Below are positions 45,029-53,722 of a DNA stretch of 64,000 nt, piece by piece; the stretch's first letter is position 1; each line of letters starts with the position of its first letter. Made by a program: the position numbers and the translations under genes. The notes under the pieces were generated by a model. It searched no databases, was not told the DNA's origin, and saw only the letters and a list, made by a program, of their open reading frames with translations. This DNA comes from a virus. The stretch covers positions 64,001-128,000 of IMG/VR virus record IMGVR_UViG_3300031603_000001; one strand, 5' to 3'.

Positions 45029-45524
45029 CGGTTAACGCCTCCACAGTTTGTATACCTACATGAGGTAAATTTGTAGTATAATTAGAAACTATACCAATTC
45101 TAACATAATCAGGATCTTTATCCGGCCATGCAGTGGATGCAGCAACGACATTACCGTTTTTATAAACCCAAAGTACATAACTAGGTTTGAGTTCATGCCC
45201 GTGCTCTTTGAGCATTGCTTTTACATTAGAAGCCCTGTACGTGATGTCAGTATGATCTTGATGAATAAACTCAGGCTTATCATCAACCCATATGTCTATT
45301 TTAATACCAGCAGCTTCCATTACAGGGATCTTAGCTTTACGGTCAGTGTAGAACACGCCTTGTACATGTGCAGTATGCTGTTCCGGTATGTGCTCGTCGA
45401 CATTGTCGAAACGAGCTGTAACCAGGTAACACTTATGGCCGTATCTGTTGAAAGTGCTTATTACTTTACTGAAGGTACCGGGATCTGCAGAATAAGTGTC
45501 ATCGTAATCGATGGCTATATTCAA
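45021..45524 (-). CDS. HAD-superfamily hydrolase
   Basis: IAIDYDDT, LVTAR, K, IWVDDKP. Confidence 0.8.
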   Translation of the reverse strand: MNIAIDYDDTYSADPGTFSKVISTFNRYGHKCYLVTARFDNVDEHIPEQHTAHVQGVFYTDRKAKIPVMEAAGIKIDIWVDDKPEFIHQDHTDITYRASNVKAMLKEHGHELKPSYVLWVYKNGNVVAASTAWPDKDPDYVRIGIVSNYTTNLPHVGIQTVEALTDE

Positions 45525-45781
45525 TGAAATCGCCCAGGAGGAGGATTAATAACTTCAACGGTCTTACCCTCGCGTAATGCCTTTAGAATACGTAAAGCGT
45601 ATTCTAAATCTGTGCCGAAACCGGCTTGATAGCAGTCCTCATCAGTTTGGCCTTCGAAACCTTTACAGTTATCACTGTAATCGTTACAACGGTTTTCTAA
45701 TGCTTGAATACTATTCTCTAGTTGTTCCTTTGATACTAATGTTATACTCATCTTTGTCCTGCCTGATTTCCGCCCAACCAT
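45521..45781 (-). CDS. hypothetical protein
   Basis: 86-aa ORF, start uncertain. Confidence 0.55.
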   Translation of the reverse strand: MVGRKSGRTKMSITLVSKEQLENSIQALENRCNDYSDNCKGFEGQTDEDCYQAGFGTDLEYALRILKALREGKTVEVINPPPGRFH

Positions 45782-46275
45782 GCTACCATCTCAGCAGCCT
45801 TGTAAACATCGGGCACTATATAATGTGCAGTTCCTCGCACAAATGGGTGTAGAGCAGGAGCTCCTGCTAATTCAGGATCCGCAATGACAATAACAGTCTT
45901 AGATGGATCATCATACGCCCATGCTAATTCATAGATTGTACCCAGAATGATCTTCTCAGGTAAATAATGATTCAGATTTGCAACAATCACGTTGGACTGC
46001 TTTACCATCTCACGATCTTTGCTAAGGATCAATGATCCCTTCCAATTATTATGAGCTGATTTAATCGCCTCTTTAACAGTAACATCCTCATCCCAGGCTT
46101 CGCCTTCGGTCGGGTCCAATACAGTTATAGTACGCTGCCAAGGGAGTTGATCTCGGAATTCATAAGTTAATGTTTCCTTAAACTCATTACGCCATAACGT
46201 AGTTGGGTTCTGAGGATGTGGCCAGTCTTTAGGCCTAGGGCCCATCTGCCCAGCAAGGTACACAGTCACTTTCAT
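45748..46275 (-). CDS. nucleoside 2-deoxyribosyltransferase-like protein
   Basis: VYLAG, DP, D..MVKQSNVIVAN, GTIYELAWA; ATG at 46275 overlaps the upstream stop (track start 46287). Confidence 0.75.
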   Translation of the reverse strand: MKVTVYLAGQMGPRPKDWPHPQNPTTLWRNEFKETLTYEFRDQLPWQRTITVLDPTEGEAWDEDVTVKEAIKSAHNNWKGSLILSKDREMVKQSNVIVANLNHYLPEKIILGTIYELAWAYDDPSKTVIVIADPELAGAPALHPFVRGTAHYIVPDVYKAAEMVAWLGGNQAGQR

Positions 46276-46409
46276 TGATATCTCCATTCACATACGACCA
46301 TAGTGCCGTCTGCGGGAGCAAACTCCTTTTTGGGCATATTATCGTAATTTACGGTTAAAGCTAGGAATACTATTCCGTATAGAATAATAAGAAGTTGTAT
46401 ATATGTCAT
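46272..46409 (-). CDS. 45-aa membrane protein (below track cutoff)
   Basis: MTYIQLLIILYGIVFLAL...; ATGA overlaps at both ends. Confidence 0.5.
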   Translation of the reverse strand: MTYIQLLIILYGIVFLALTVNYDNMPKKEFAPADGTMVVCEWRYQ

Positions 46410-46576
46410 GTCATAACACCATTCAAACAAGCGTGTATAATAGTAATGCCAAATACATCACCCATAGTCATCTCGCTGATTAACTTAGCGGATTCAATAT
46501 TACCTAATATAGGGTCACAGCCAGCAATAAGAAATAAAACTACACTTAAAAGTGCAACATAACGCTTACGTTTCAT
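46406..46576 (-). CDS. 56-aa putative lipoprotein (below track cutoff)
   Basis: MKRKR + hydrophobic stretch + lipobox LIAG-C. Confidence 0.55.
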   Translation of the reverse strand: MKRKRYVALLSVVLFLIAGCDPILGNIESAKLISEMTMGDVFGITIIHACLNGVMT

Positions 46577-46815
46577 TTGATTCTCTCCACTTTGAGATCT
46601 GAACGATCTCCAATAATAGATTCTCCATTATAAACAGTCATCCCTGTAGTAAGAAGAGTAAAAGCTTTTCCCATTCTAGCAGGAGTCCCCTGTGGTAGGC
46701 AAGCCGCCACAGAGAGCTTATCAGAGGAGTCAAGAGCGATGTACGCAATTAAGATAGCGCCACCTTCTTTGACTACCTCGTCTTTAATTTGTTTTAGTAG
46801 TTTTGTCGACAGCAT
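46573..46815 (-). CDS. hypothetical protein
   Basis: 80-aa ORF in chain. Confidence 0.55.
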   Translation of the reverse strand: MLSTKLLKQIKDEVVKEGGAILIAYIALDSSDKLSVAACLPQGTPARMGKAFTLLTTGMTVYNGESIIGDRSDLKVERIK

Positions 46816-47329
46816 CTGCCGCTACCTCTTCAACTTTCGGATCTGCCGCTACCTCTCCTATTGGATTAGCATCGACGTAGCCGGCTATCTCCATAACAAT
46901 CATAGCATCATCGCCTTCAAAATCAATGTGATTTGTGTTAAGATACTCCATAACACCACGAAGGTACTTATCAGAAGCCTCATTACCACCACCAGCCTTG
47001 GCGATTATAGTCACAACATCGGCCATAGAAGGTAGATTAAATATGTACTTAGCTAAGACAGATTCTGTCTTTAAAAGCGTTGCATCTAATCCCATGTATT
47101 CCATAGCAAATCCTGCCATACGCATTGTCATAACGCGTTCACCAGGACTGTACAACGAGGATGCCTCACTATCAGGATTGGTAGCTAATACAGTAGCACC
47201 TAAAGGGCGATTGCGTTCAGCCGTGGTATCAAGAAGATCGATACCACCGTCACTCTTGTTTTGTTTAGGATCACGTAGTACAATGATGTGATCATTCATG
47301 GGTTTTGGGGTTAAAACATTAACAGTCAT
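46784..47329 (-). CDS. groES: GroES/Cpn10-like co-chaperonin with C-terminal extension
   Basis: KPMNDHIIV...KSDGGI.L...ATVLA...PGERV, then about 80 extra residues. Confidence 0.75.
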   Translation of the reverse strand: MTVNVLTPKPMNDHIIVLRDPKQNKSDGGIDLLDTTAERNRPLGATVLATNPDSEASSLYSPGERVMTMRMAGFAMEYMGLDATLLKTESVLAKYIFNLPSMADVVTIIAKAGGGNEASDKYLRGVMEYLNTNHIDFEGDDAMIVMEIAGYVDANPIGEVAADPKVEEVAADAVDKTTKTN

Positions 47330-47336
47330 AATATTC

Positions 47337-47876
47337 CTATATACGAAATGTCGTATTAGCTATGCCGGTGATTAATACAGCGGCAGCGTCAAGTTGATGC
47401 TCAACTATGGTTTTAGCAGTTGGCCACTTAACAGTTGGGAATCTCTTACGCACAGCATCGGCGACGTCCTTTTTAGACGCATTAGAGTTCCCGGTCATTT
47501 TCTTTTTAACATCCCCTGCTGATAACCACATAACGGGTATGCCATACATGCGAGGAATGATGGTGGTGAAAGACTTAGCAATAGCTAAACCAATGGCCGC
47601 TCTTGAAGACTTTGCCCCACCTGATACTGTTTCTACATAAAAGACTGAAGGACGATACTTCTCTATGAGAGTTACCATCTCGTCAGTAATATCACTGATT
47701 CTGCGGGCTGTGTCATCCGCGACGTAAATACCCCGCTTCTTTGACTCATTCTTTGTTCTGATATTACCGTGAGCCTTTAATGACTTACGTCCACTATCAA
47801 ATACCACATAACCAGTATTGGTAAACGAAGGATCCAAGGCTATTGCCATATTTGGATCTGGTATATATTTCATCAT
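47337..47876 (-). CDS. ruvC: RuvC-like Holliday junction resolvase
   Basis: IALDPS, YVETV, VKKKMTGNSNASKKDV, HQLDAAA. Confidence 0.85.
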   Translation of the reverse strand: MMKYIPDPNMAIALDPSFTNTGYVVFDSGRKSLKAHGNIRTKNESKKRGIYVADDTARRISDITDEMVTLIEKYRPSVFYVETVSGGAKSSRAAIGLAIAKSFTTIIPRMYGIPVMWLSAGDVKKKMTGNSNASKKDVADAVRKRFPTVKWPTAKTIVEHQLDAAAVLITGIANTTFRI

Positions 47877-48268
47877 AACGTTAATGATCCCATACGCTCT
47901 TCGAGGTCATCTAGCGCAGACTGTGTTTGAAACAGTGAGCCTACTAGGCCCATCCAATCCTCAAGTCTCATGTGTGCCATTTCGCCTTTACCTTGAACAC
48001 CTGTAAAGAATACAGGTACAGCTCCCCCACGTACAATCTGTGACTCAGCCTTTTGCCATTCGACCCAAGGTATAGTATGATTTTTCCTAGCACCACTAGG
48101 AGAGTCTTTACATTCTCCCCCTAGTCTGATTGGATACGTACTGTCATGGGTCATACGCATATCTGCATTGCCTAACGCATTACCAGAACCAGCAGTACCA
48201 ATAAATGGAACTCCATGATCTTCTGCAAGCGCAAGTACTAGTGCTTCTAAGCGTTGGCGAGGACTCAT
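47873..48268 (-). CDS. PD-(D/E)xK resolvase-like nuclease
   Basis: GSG...GNAD...GECK. Confidence 0.55.
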   Translation of the reverse strand: MSPRQRLEALVLALAEDHGVPFIGTAGSGNALGNADMRMTHDSTYPIRLGGECKDSPSGARKNHTIPWVEWQKAESQIVRGGAVPVFFTGVQGKGEMAHMRLEDWMGLVGSLFQTQSALDDLEERMGSLTL

Positions 48269-49512
48269 GTGTCTAAACCATGTGCAAGTGAAAACACTAC
48301 GCGGAAAGCTACACCCTCGATAGGTTTATCAAAACAATCCAACATCCCTATATGGGGATGCCCGCCAAGATCTTCATTCTTAGTGTAATGGACTGTAATG
48401 TTTTCTACTTGCCCAGCAAGCTTATGCAACATATGCATGGTAATAGTATCGTACTGCATAGCGAATGCTTCTTTATGCTTTCCGATTTCAGTACCACTTA
48501 CCTCTACTGTCTCAGCAGCAGCATGCTTATTGTTACGAGTATACACATCAGCAACAGTCTTGCCTATAGGAACGCGTACGTTCATACGGCCAGCACTGAA
48601 TTGCTCGATTCGTTTCAAAGTAGCATGCATAAGATCAATGTTCCATGAGAACTCATTCTTAGGCTTACCCTTGAATTGCTCCAAAGCGTCGTCAACATCT
48701 TGGTTTGACTCAGGCTCGCATCCACATACCATACGCTTTAGCTTATCCTCTGATTCGAAACCAATCAGATTATCAGTCTTATGCTTAGGAAGTAGTACAC
48801 GAATATCCGCACTCTGCAGATTCTTAACCTTACGGAAAGTAAACAACGGTACGTATACCGTAAACTCTCTCTTAAGCTCAGGAGCCTCTACATAGAACAT
48901 ACCCATCATACGATGGGTACGAGTGAATATACGTAGATACCACTTCTTTGTTGTAGGTTGTTGAATAGCTTGTAGACGAATAAATTGAGTAGAATCATCC
49001 AGCATCAGACGCACTTTGTCAAACAAGCGCATCATTACACTGTAATCTACCATTCCGACGCAATCCATATCCCATGCTGGGACAATTAATGCATCCGGAT
49101 CCAGTAATCCTATTTGATACTTACCGTGTTTACTCTTAAGCTGAAGCTCAGAGATCATACCTGAAGAATCTTCCGGTACAGTAATATTAATAGTATCACC
49201 CTTATCAGTTAAATCCAGAGTAGTTTGAATCTGGTTGTACTGCATGATAAGCTTACGACCATGAGTAGTAATCTTCTCAAGAGGCACGAATGCTCTACAT
49301 TGAATAGCACCATTGAAGGTGGATACTTCTGCCATACGCTTCTTGGCATGTGTTCTGATAGTAATTAGATTAGCATCTGGACCAGCTGACGCTGATTTTA
49401 GCCCTGGTGCACAATATACAATTGAATTAAGCAATGCATCACGTTCCCCTACTAAAGACAATACTGTCGGAGTCGGAGTCGGAGAAGCAGGCTTAGGTGG
49501 TGTTGAGGTCAT
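48265..49512 (-). CDS. dnaN: putative beta sliding clamp-like protein
   Basis: About 400 aa with a three-fold repeated helix/strand pattern; N-terminus RDALLNSI...STFNG resembles DnaN; a DnaX-like loader is in the window. Confidence 0.55.
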   Translation of the reverse strand: MTSTPPKPASPTPTPTVLSLVGERDALLNSIVYCAPGLKSASAGPDANLITIRTHAKKRMAEVSTFNGAIQCRAFVPLEKITTHGRKLIMQYNQIQTTLDLTDKGDTINITVPEDSSGMISELQLKSKHGKYQIGLLDPDALIVPAWDMDCVGMVDYSVMMRLFDKVRLMLDDSTQFIRLQAIQQPTTKKWYLRIFTRTHRMMGMFYVEAPELKREFTVYVPLFTFRKVKNLQSADIRVLLPKHKTDNLIGFESEDKLKRMVCGCEPESNQDVDDALEQFKGKPKNEFSWNIDLMHATLKRIEQFSAGRMNVRVPIGKTVADVYTRNNKHAAAETVEVSGTEIGKHKEAFAMQYDTITMHMLHKLAGQVENITVHYTKNEDLGGHPHIGMLDCFDKPIEGVAFRVVFSLAHGLDT

Positions 49513-49774
49513 GTATTTCCTCTATCATCTTAAATATGTTTTCAACAATTTCCTGGTACCCAGAATCTGCTTGCTCTGTTATCACTTTACGAAGCAAATC
49601 TAAGTCATCTTTTGATACTACAGGGTAATTGAAATATCCGGCAATACTCTTAACTGCATTAGCTACAGTAACTTGTAGTGCCTCAGCTCTAGGAGTCCCT
49701 GCTTGTTCTTTACGGGACGCCTCAATCTTTATAATACCAATAATGGTATTAATGTACTCAGGTATATCAGGCAT
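49493..49774 (-). CDS. hypothetical protein
   Basis: 93-aa ORF in chain. Confidence 0.6.
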   Translation of the reverse strand: MPDIPEYINTIIGIIKIEASRKEQAGTPRAEALQVTVANAVKSIAGYFNYPVVSKDDLDLLRKVITEQADSGYQEIVENIFKMIEEIHDLNTT

Positions 49775-50096
49775 TAACTGCTTCTACACCCTTCATAAGG
49801 AAACCTAACTGAGCCTTAGCGGCATTGATAGACACCTCATTATGCACTTCAAGAAGTGTTCTTAATTCTTGTGAATTACTCTGAACAGCTGCTATATAAA
49901 TAAGCAGCATATTAAGATTATGCTCTAACGAAGTGCTAATAAACTCAGCAGCTAAGTCGTCCTCGGCAACAATCTCGTCTAGATTTGGAAATACTTTACT
50001 CACACTGAATGCCAATGTTGTATGGCTTTCTAGTGGAGAAGGGTCGGGAGAAAACACAATAGTGATATTCTCATCGGTTTGTGAAACATTAAGCAT
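49767..50096 (-). CDS. hypothetical protein
   Basis: 109 aa, AAGGA ribosome-binding site. Confidence 0.6.
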   Translation of the reverse strand: MLNVSQTDENITIVFSPDPSPLESHTTLAFSVSKVFPNLDEIVAEDDLAAEFISTSLEHNLNMLLIYIAAVQSNSQELRTLLEVHNEVSINAAKAQLGFLMKGVEAVNA

Positions 50097-50129
50097 AGAT
50101 TCCTTCTCTCATGGAGGGAATATACATCT

Positions 50130-50160
50130 AAAAGCAACAGTACGCAAGCGTAAAGTTGCT
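50130..50160 (-). terminator. intrinsic terminator
   Basis: Minus RNA AGCAAC-UU-UACGC-UU-GCGUA-CU-GUUGCU followed by UUU. Confidence 0.65.
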
Positions 50161-50173
50161 TAATATAGATATA

Positions 50174-50722
50174 TTATTTAACCGAATACCCCTTGGTACC
50201 GGTATAACCCAGTAACCATGGAAGATTTGGCAATTGTGGCAAGAGTTCTACCTCTTCATCGACTATAGTCAAAAACTTCGACCACATCACAGTTACCTCT
50301 TGTAATGTAGTAGGACTAGGCATTGGAGATTTCCAGCCTAGATCTGATATAGGACACCTACGTGCTGAAGGTGACCAGGGAATAGTTAATGCAAACTCCC
50401 CTGAGGCACTGTCCACGATAGATGCGAGTAGTAGCGTCTTTGTAACAGTATTAACACCAAGTACTTCTGCATGGTTACCGTTATACCCTTCAGCGAAGGC
50501 TACAAATGAGAAATCCATTATAGATGTACCAGAATGTATAGGTTTCATCACTTTCCAAAAGGTATTGATTTGAACCTGTAGCTGTCTTTTTAACTCTACT
50601 TGATGTAAATACTCAAGGGCATCTGTTTGTTTAGAAATGATTCCCCAGATATCATTAATTGTAGGGCCCATCATAGTGATATAGTTTCCCTTTTTTATGA
50701 CCAAACTGTACAGCTTCTGCAT
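50174..50722 (-). CDS. hypothetical protein
   Basis: 182-aa ORF; start uncertain because it overlaps the upstream gene. Confidence 0.55.
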   Translation of the reverse strand: MQKLYSLVIKKGNYITMMGPTINDIWGIISKQTDALEYLHQVELKRQLQVQINTFWKVMKPIHSGTSIMDFSFVAFAEGYNGNHAEVLGVNTVTKTLLLASIVDSASGEFALTIPWSPSARRCPISDLGWKSPMPSPTTLQEVTVMWSKFLTIVDEEVELLPQLPNLPWLLGYTGTKGYSVK

Positions 50723-51173
50723 AGTTTATCATGTAGACATCGCCGCGTGAGATCCAACGTTTATTCATTGTGTCTTCCACAACCATCTCTAACATAACCA
50801 ACACGGTGTCACCGTATTCGATGTAAGCACCCCCATACCCATACGGAATTAGCATCTCACGACTAAGGGCTAGCCCTCCGCCGTATATCTGCTTATTACT
50901 TGCCGTTATGTTTGGCGTATCATCAGTCTGATTAACCAAAGCATTGTACGCAGTGAACACTAAAGGTTTACTGTTGGTCAGTATCCCAACGACTCTGCGT
51001 AAATCAGCATTTGCCGTGCGTTCTAAGAACAAGGCTTGCTCATACTCAGCGCCTTGCTGTACATATTGACTGTTCTTTACAGTAGCATTACCAAGGTGAT
51101 TGTTATGCATAAGTCCCATTGTAAACAATAGCCCTGTAATAACAATTCCACTAAATATATTAGATGCTTTCAT
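50655..51173 (-). CDS. membrane-anchored 3D-domain cell-wall hydrolase
   Basis: N-terminal TM; TAYN...QTDDTPNITAS...YGDTV...VEDTM...DVY. Confidence 0.85.
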   Translation of the reverse strand: MKASNIFSGIVITGLLFTMGLMHNNHLGNATVKNSQYVQQGAEYEQALFLERTANADLRRVVGILTNSKPLVFTAYNALVNQTDDTPNITASNKQIYGGGLALSREMLIPYGYGGAYIEYGDTVLVMLEMVVEDTMNKRWISRGDVYMINYAEAVQFGHKKGKLYHYDGPYN

Positions 51174-51176
51174 AGA

Positions 51177-51470
51177 TTACTCTGATAGAAATACGTCAAC
51201 AGCTTCGGCCTCTTCAGGACTGAGCAATTCGAGAGCTGGCGCATCTAATTTAAAGTTAAGCTTACGTTTGTCTCCTTCGTTAACAGTGTATCTAATTTGA
51301 GACACAATATGTTGTACAGAATCGAGAATGGTAGGCTTAGGTAATGTAGTAAACATCACCTGCTTGTTTTTAAACAAGTCAGTATCTGCAGGTCTTGACG
51401 TAGCAATCCAGCCTTCGTCATATCCCATACGGGTTTCGTGTTTTAAATGTATTACAATAAATTCACTCAT
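51177..51470 (-). CDS. hypothetical protein
   Basis: 97-aa ORF in chain. Confidence 0.6.
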   Translation of the reverse strand: MSEFIVIHLKHETRMGYDEGWIATSRPADTDLFKNKQVMFTTLPKPTILDSVQHIVSQIRYTVNEGDKRKLNFKLDAPALELLSPEEAEAVDVFLSE

Positions 51471-51694
51471 AGATTTGCCTCTATTTGTGCATTAGGATTG
51501 ATCTTACTAAAACGCTTACGTAACATAATTACGGAAGAGCGTCTATGCCGATCAGCATCCACTAGTGATTTGATATATGTTAGTTCACCTAAACTTAAGG
51601 ATAATCTGGAACACCCATGTACCTTAGTAGTCTGTCGTTCCCACGCTAGCCCTAGTTTCTCTTGGGTAACCTGGGGTAAGCTAAACGTACTCAT
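51467..51694 (-). CDS. hypothetical protein
   Basis: 75-aa ORF in chain. Confidence 0.55.
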   Translation of the reverse strand: MSTFSLPQVTQEKLGLAWERQTTKVHGCSRLSLSLGELTYIKSLVDADRHRRSSVIMLRKRFSKINPNAQIEANL

Positions 51695-52086
51695 TATAGG
51701 CCGCTTAACTCGCCCATAATATCAATCTGACCTTGTTGAACCAAAGCTTCAGAAGCTGTCTGCCGTATCTTAGCGTCTTCATTTTTAGATAAATCACTAC
51801 GTTCCTTCAGATTAGCTTCGATAGATGTCCTAGCGCCCATACCGTAATTGTAAGCCGTGCCATCAACAGACTTACCTGGGGTACAGGTATAGAATGGTAT
51901 TTCACCCTCCTTTGCAGGTAAAGCTCTCCATGTCCCGCCATAATAGGCAGATAATAGAGTTACGACCTTTGCCCTTGCGGGTTTGGTCATATTCTTTGTT
52001 AGAGATTCAATATCTTCCAGTAAGTGTGTTAACGTACTTTGAACTGGGATCTCGAATCTCTTTGGATACTTCTTAGCTATAGCCAC
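51694..52086 (-). CDS. hypothetical protein
   Basis: 130-aa ORF in chain. Confidence 0.6.
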   Translation of the reverse strand: MAIAKKYPKRFEIPVQSTLTHLLEDIESLTKNMTKPARAKVVTLLSAYYGGTWRALPAKEGEIPFYTCTPGKSVDGTAYNYGMGARTSIEANLKERSDLSKNEDAKIRQTASEALVQQGQIDIMGELSGL

Positions 52087-52540
52087 TGCTGTAACCGTCC
52101 TTAGCCCATCCGGGCCCTTTAAGTTGGAAAGTCGATGAACTGACCTGTTTCTCGGCAGGTGCCTTACATTGAGGGCATATTACCGGAGTATCTCTCTCGC
52201 TGATCTTAAAGATCTTAATGAACTGGTGCTCACACTCAGTACATTTATATTCATAAACTGCCATTTCATGGCTCCTTAATGAATCCAACATTGAAGCAAA
52301 ACGACGTTGTGTCTGAAACACTTCTCGTTCCAATTCTTCGTATGACTTGATATCCCATAAGAGATCAAAGGTATACGGTAATTCATGGAAACGTCCAGTT
52401 TGTACGCCCTTAATTACCAGGGCCATGCGGACTTGACTGTATAACCAAGCTGTGGCAACATAGGCAACGCTACCACTGTTATGACTCCCAATATAGTAAT
52501 AATAACCATCACTTCTGCAAGTGTGATAGTTTGATACCAT
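52073..52540 (-). CDS. hypothetical N-terminal domain fused in frame to an FmdB-family Zn ribbon
   Basis: MAVYEYKCTECEH...CPQC...FQLKGPGWAKDGY; internal ATG at 52264 with AAGGAG. Confidence 0.75.
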   Translation of the reverse strand: MVSNYHTCRSDGYYYYIGSHNSGSVAYVATAWLYSQVRMALVIKGVQTGRFHELPYTFDLLWDIKSYEELEREVFQTQRRFASMLDSLRSHEMAVYEYKCTECEHQFIKIFKISERDTPVICPQCKAPAEKQVSSSTFQLKGPGWAKDGYSSGYS

Positions 52541-52595
52541 TTACGCTTTTTGTAATAGTTGTACATAATGAGTTCCTTTACTCTTTATTAATTAA

Positions 52596-52767
52596 GTGAA
52601 CGGCGAGGAACTCTAGATATACTTCGGGGAACATAAGTACCCTTTTCAATCCAGAATCCCTCTGACGGGTCTCGAACCCGTAACCAGAAGCTGACGTACG
52701 ATAATCCACGGCGCGATGCCGCAACGACCGTACACTTCCGCTCTGCCAATTGAGCTACTGTGTTCAC
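52596..52767 (-). ncRNA. tRNA-scaffold RNA 1 (expanded anticodon arm, insertion in acceptor stem)
   Basis: TAGCTC-AATTGGCA-GAGC D arm; ACGGG-TTCGAGA-CCCGT T arm; terminal GTGAAC/GTTCAC pairing. Confidence 0.7.
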
Positions 52768-52772
52768 AATAG

Positions 52773-52877
52773 GGGAGGAAGGCGGACTCGAACCACCAAC
52801 CGGGAATGATTGTACGTAAAGATAGTCGCAATGACTATCCGAGGTACATCCTGCTCTGCCAGTTGAGCTATACCTCC
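52773..52877 (-). ncRNA. tRNA-scaffold RNA 2 (long hairpin replacing the anticodon loop)
   Basis: Acceptor GGAGGTA/TTCCTCC, canonical D and T arms, 38-nt insert in the anticodon stem. Confidence 0.8.
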
Positions 52878-53014
52878 ATTAAGTGTCTATTTAGTTCCAG
52901 ACGGGAGTGCGAACATAACTATACCCCTTTCCGTCATTGTTTTGCAAATGACCTCGTCGAAATCTTTCTCTAAACTTCTTCTTAATACCCTTACACCTAG
53001 GGCCGGGTAAATCT

Positions 53015-53083
53015 TGGAGAGGAAGCAGGGTCAAACCTGCAACCAGGCGAAATGCCCGCTCTGCCTATTGAGCTGTACCCCTC
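53015..53083 (-). ncRNA. tRNA-scaffold RNA 3 (truncated anticodon arm)
   Basis: Acceptor AGGGGTA/TTCCTCT followed by CCA; D arm; GGC-ATTTC-GCC mini-arm; 6-nt T loop. Confidence 0.7.
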
Positions 53084-53214
53084 AACTCGTAGTCTCGCAT
53101 CAGACGGTTAAAAACCCTCAGATGCTTGATTTCGAATTCCTCCCAAAGGAGGCAATAAACCTATTAAAATGGCTTTAATATACTACCAATCGTTATACGG
53201 GGCTTAGTAAGAGT

Positions 53215-53400
53215 TTAAATAGTAAACTCTTTATAAGAAGCCTCTGTTTCATATGTTACGTACCATTCAGTTACAGTGCTGTTAACAGTCTTTGATCTAA
53301 CCTCTGTGACCTTAAAAGGATGTTTATCATTAGCATGATAACAACCGGTCATTAAAATTATCACACTAAGCGGTACTAGTAGTTTCTTCAGTTTCTTCAT
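53215..53400 (-). CDS. putative lipoprotein
   Basis: MKKLKK + hydrophobic stretch + LMTG-C lipobox. Confidence 0.65.
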   Translation of the reverse strand: MKKLKKLLVPLSVIILMTGCYHANDKHPFKVTEVRSKTVNSTVTEWYVTYETEASYKEFTI

Positions 53401-53722
53401 TAACCTTTTCCTTTACTACAGTGAATTTGCCGTCTTTCTCTTCAATGAAGATTTTTCCACTAGTTTCTGCTGTAACTGTACCATCTAAAACCTCTTTCAT
53501 GTTTAAGAGGGTAGCCTGGCTCATGACGTAATTTATGACATGCACCTGCTTCCGGTCCAGTACAGTCTCGTCACCAATTCCTTTATAACGAGACTTCCAC
53601 GTAACCATAGGGAGGCGCTCACTCTCAGAGAGTTTGCCTTCGAGGGTCACTACGTTTCCCTCTTTATCCGTAATGGTTATCTTCTCATAGAAGAACATCA
53701 TACGCCTTGGTACAAATCCCAA
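53366..53722 (-). CDS. hypothetical protein
   Basis: 118-aa ORF, start uncertain. Confidence 0.6.
   Translation of the reverse strand: MGFVPRRMMFFYEKITITDKEGNVVTLEGKLSESERLPMVTWKSRYKGIGDETVLDRKQVHVINYVMSQATLLNMKEVLDGTVTAETSGKIFIEEKDGKFTVVKEKVNEETEETTSTA

Noticed and set aside
52773-52877. Archaeal-type intron-containing tRNA
   Set aside because: Bulges are 4 nt or asymmetric rather than 3-4-3, and no excision gives a canonical anticodon loop.
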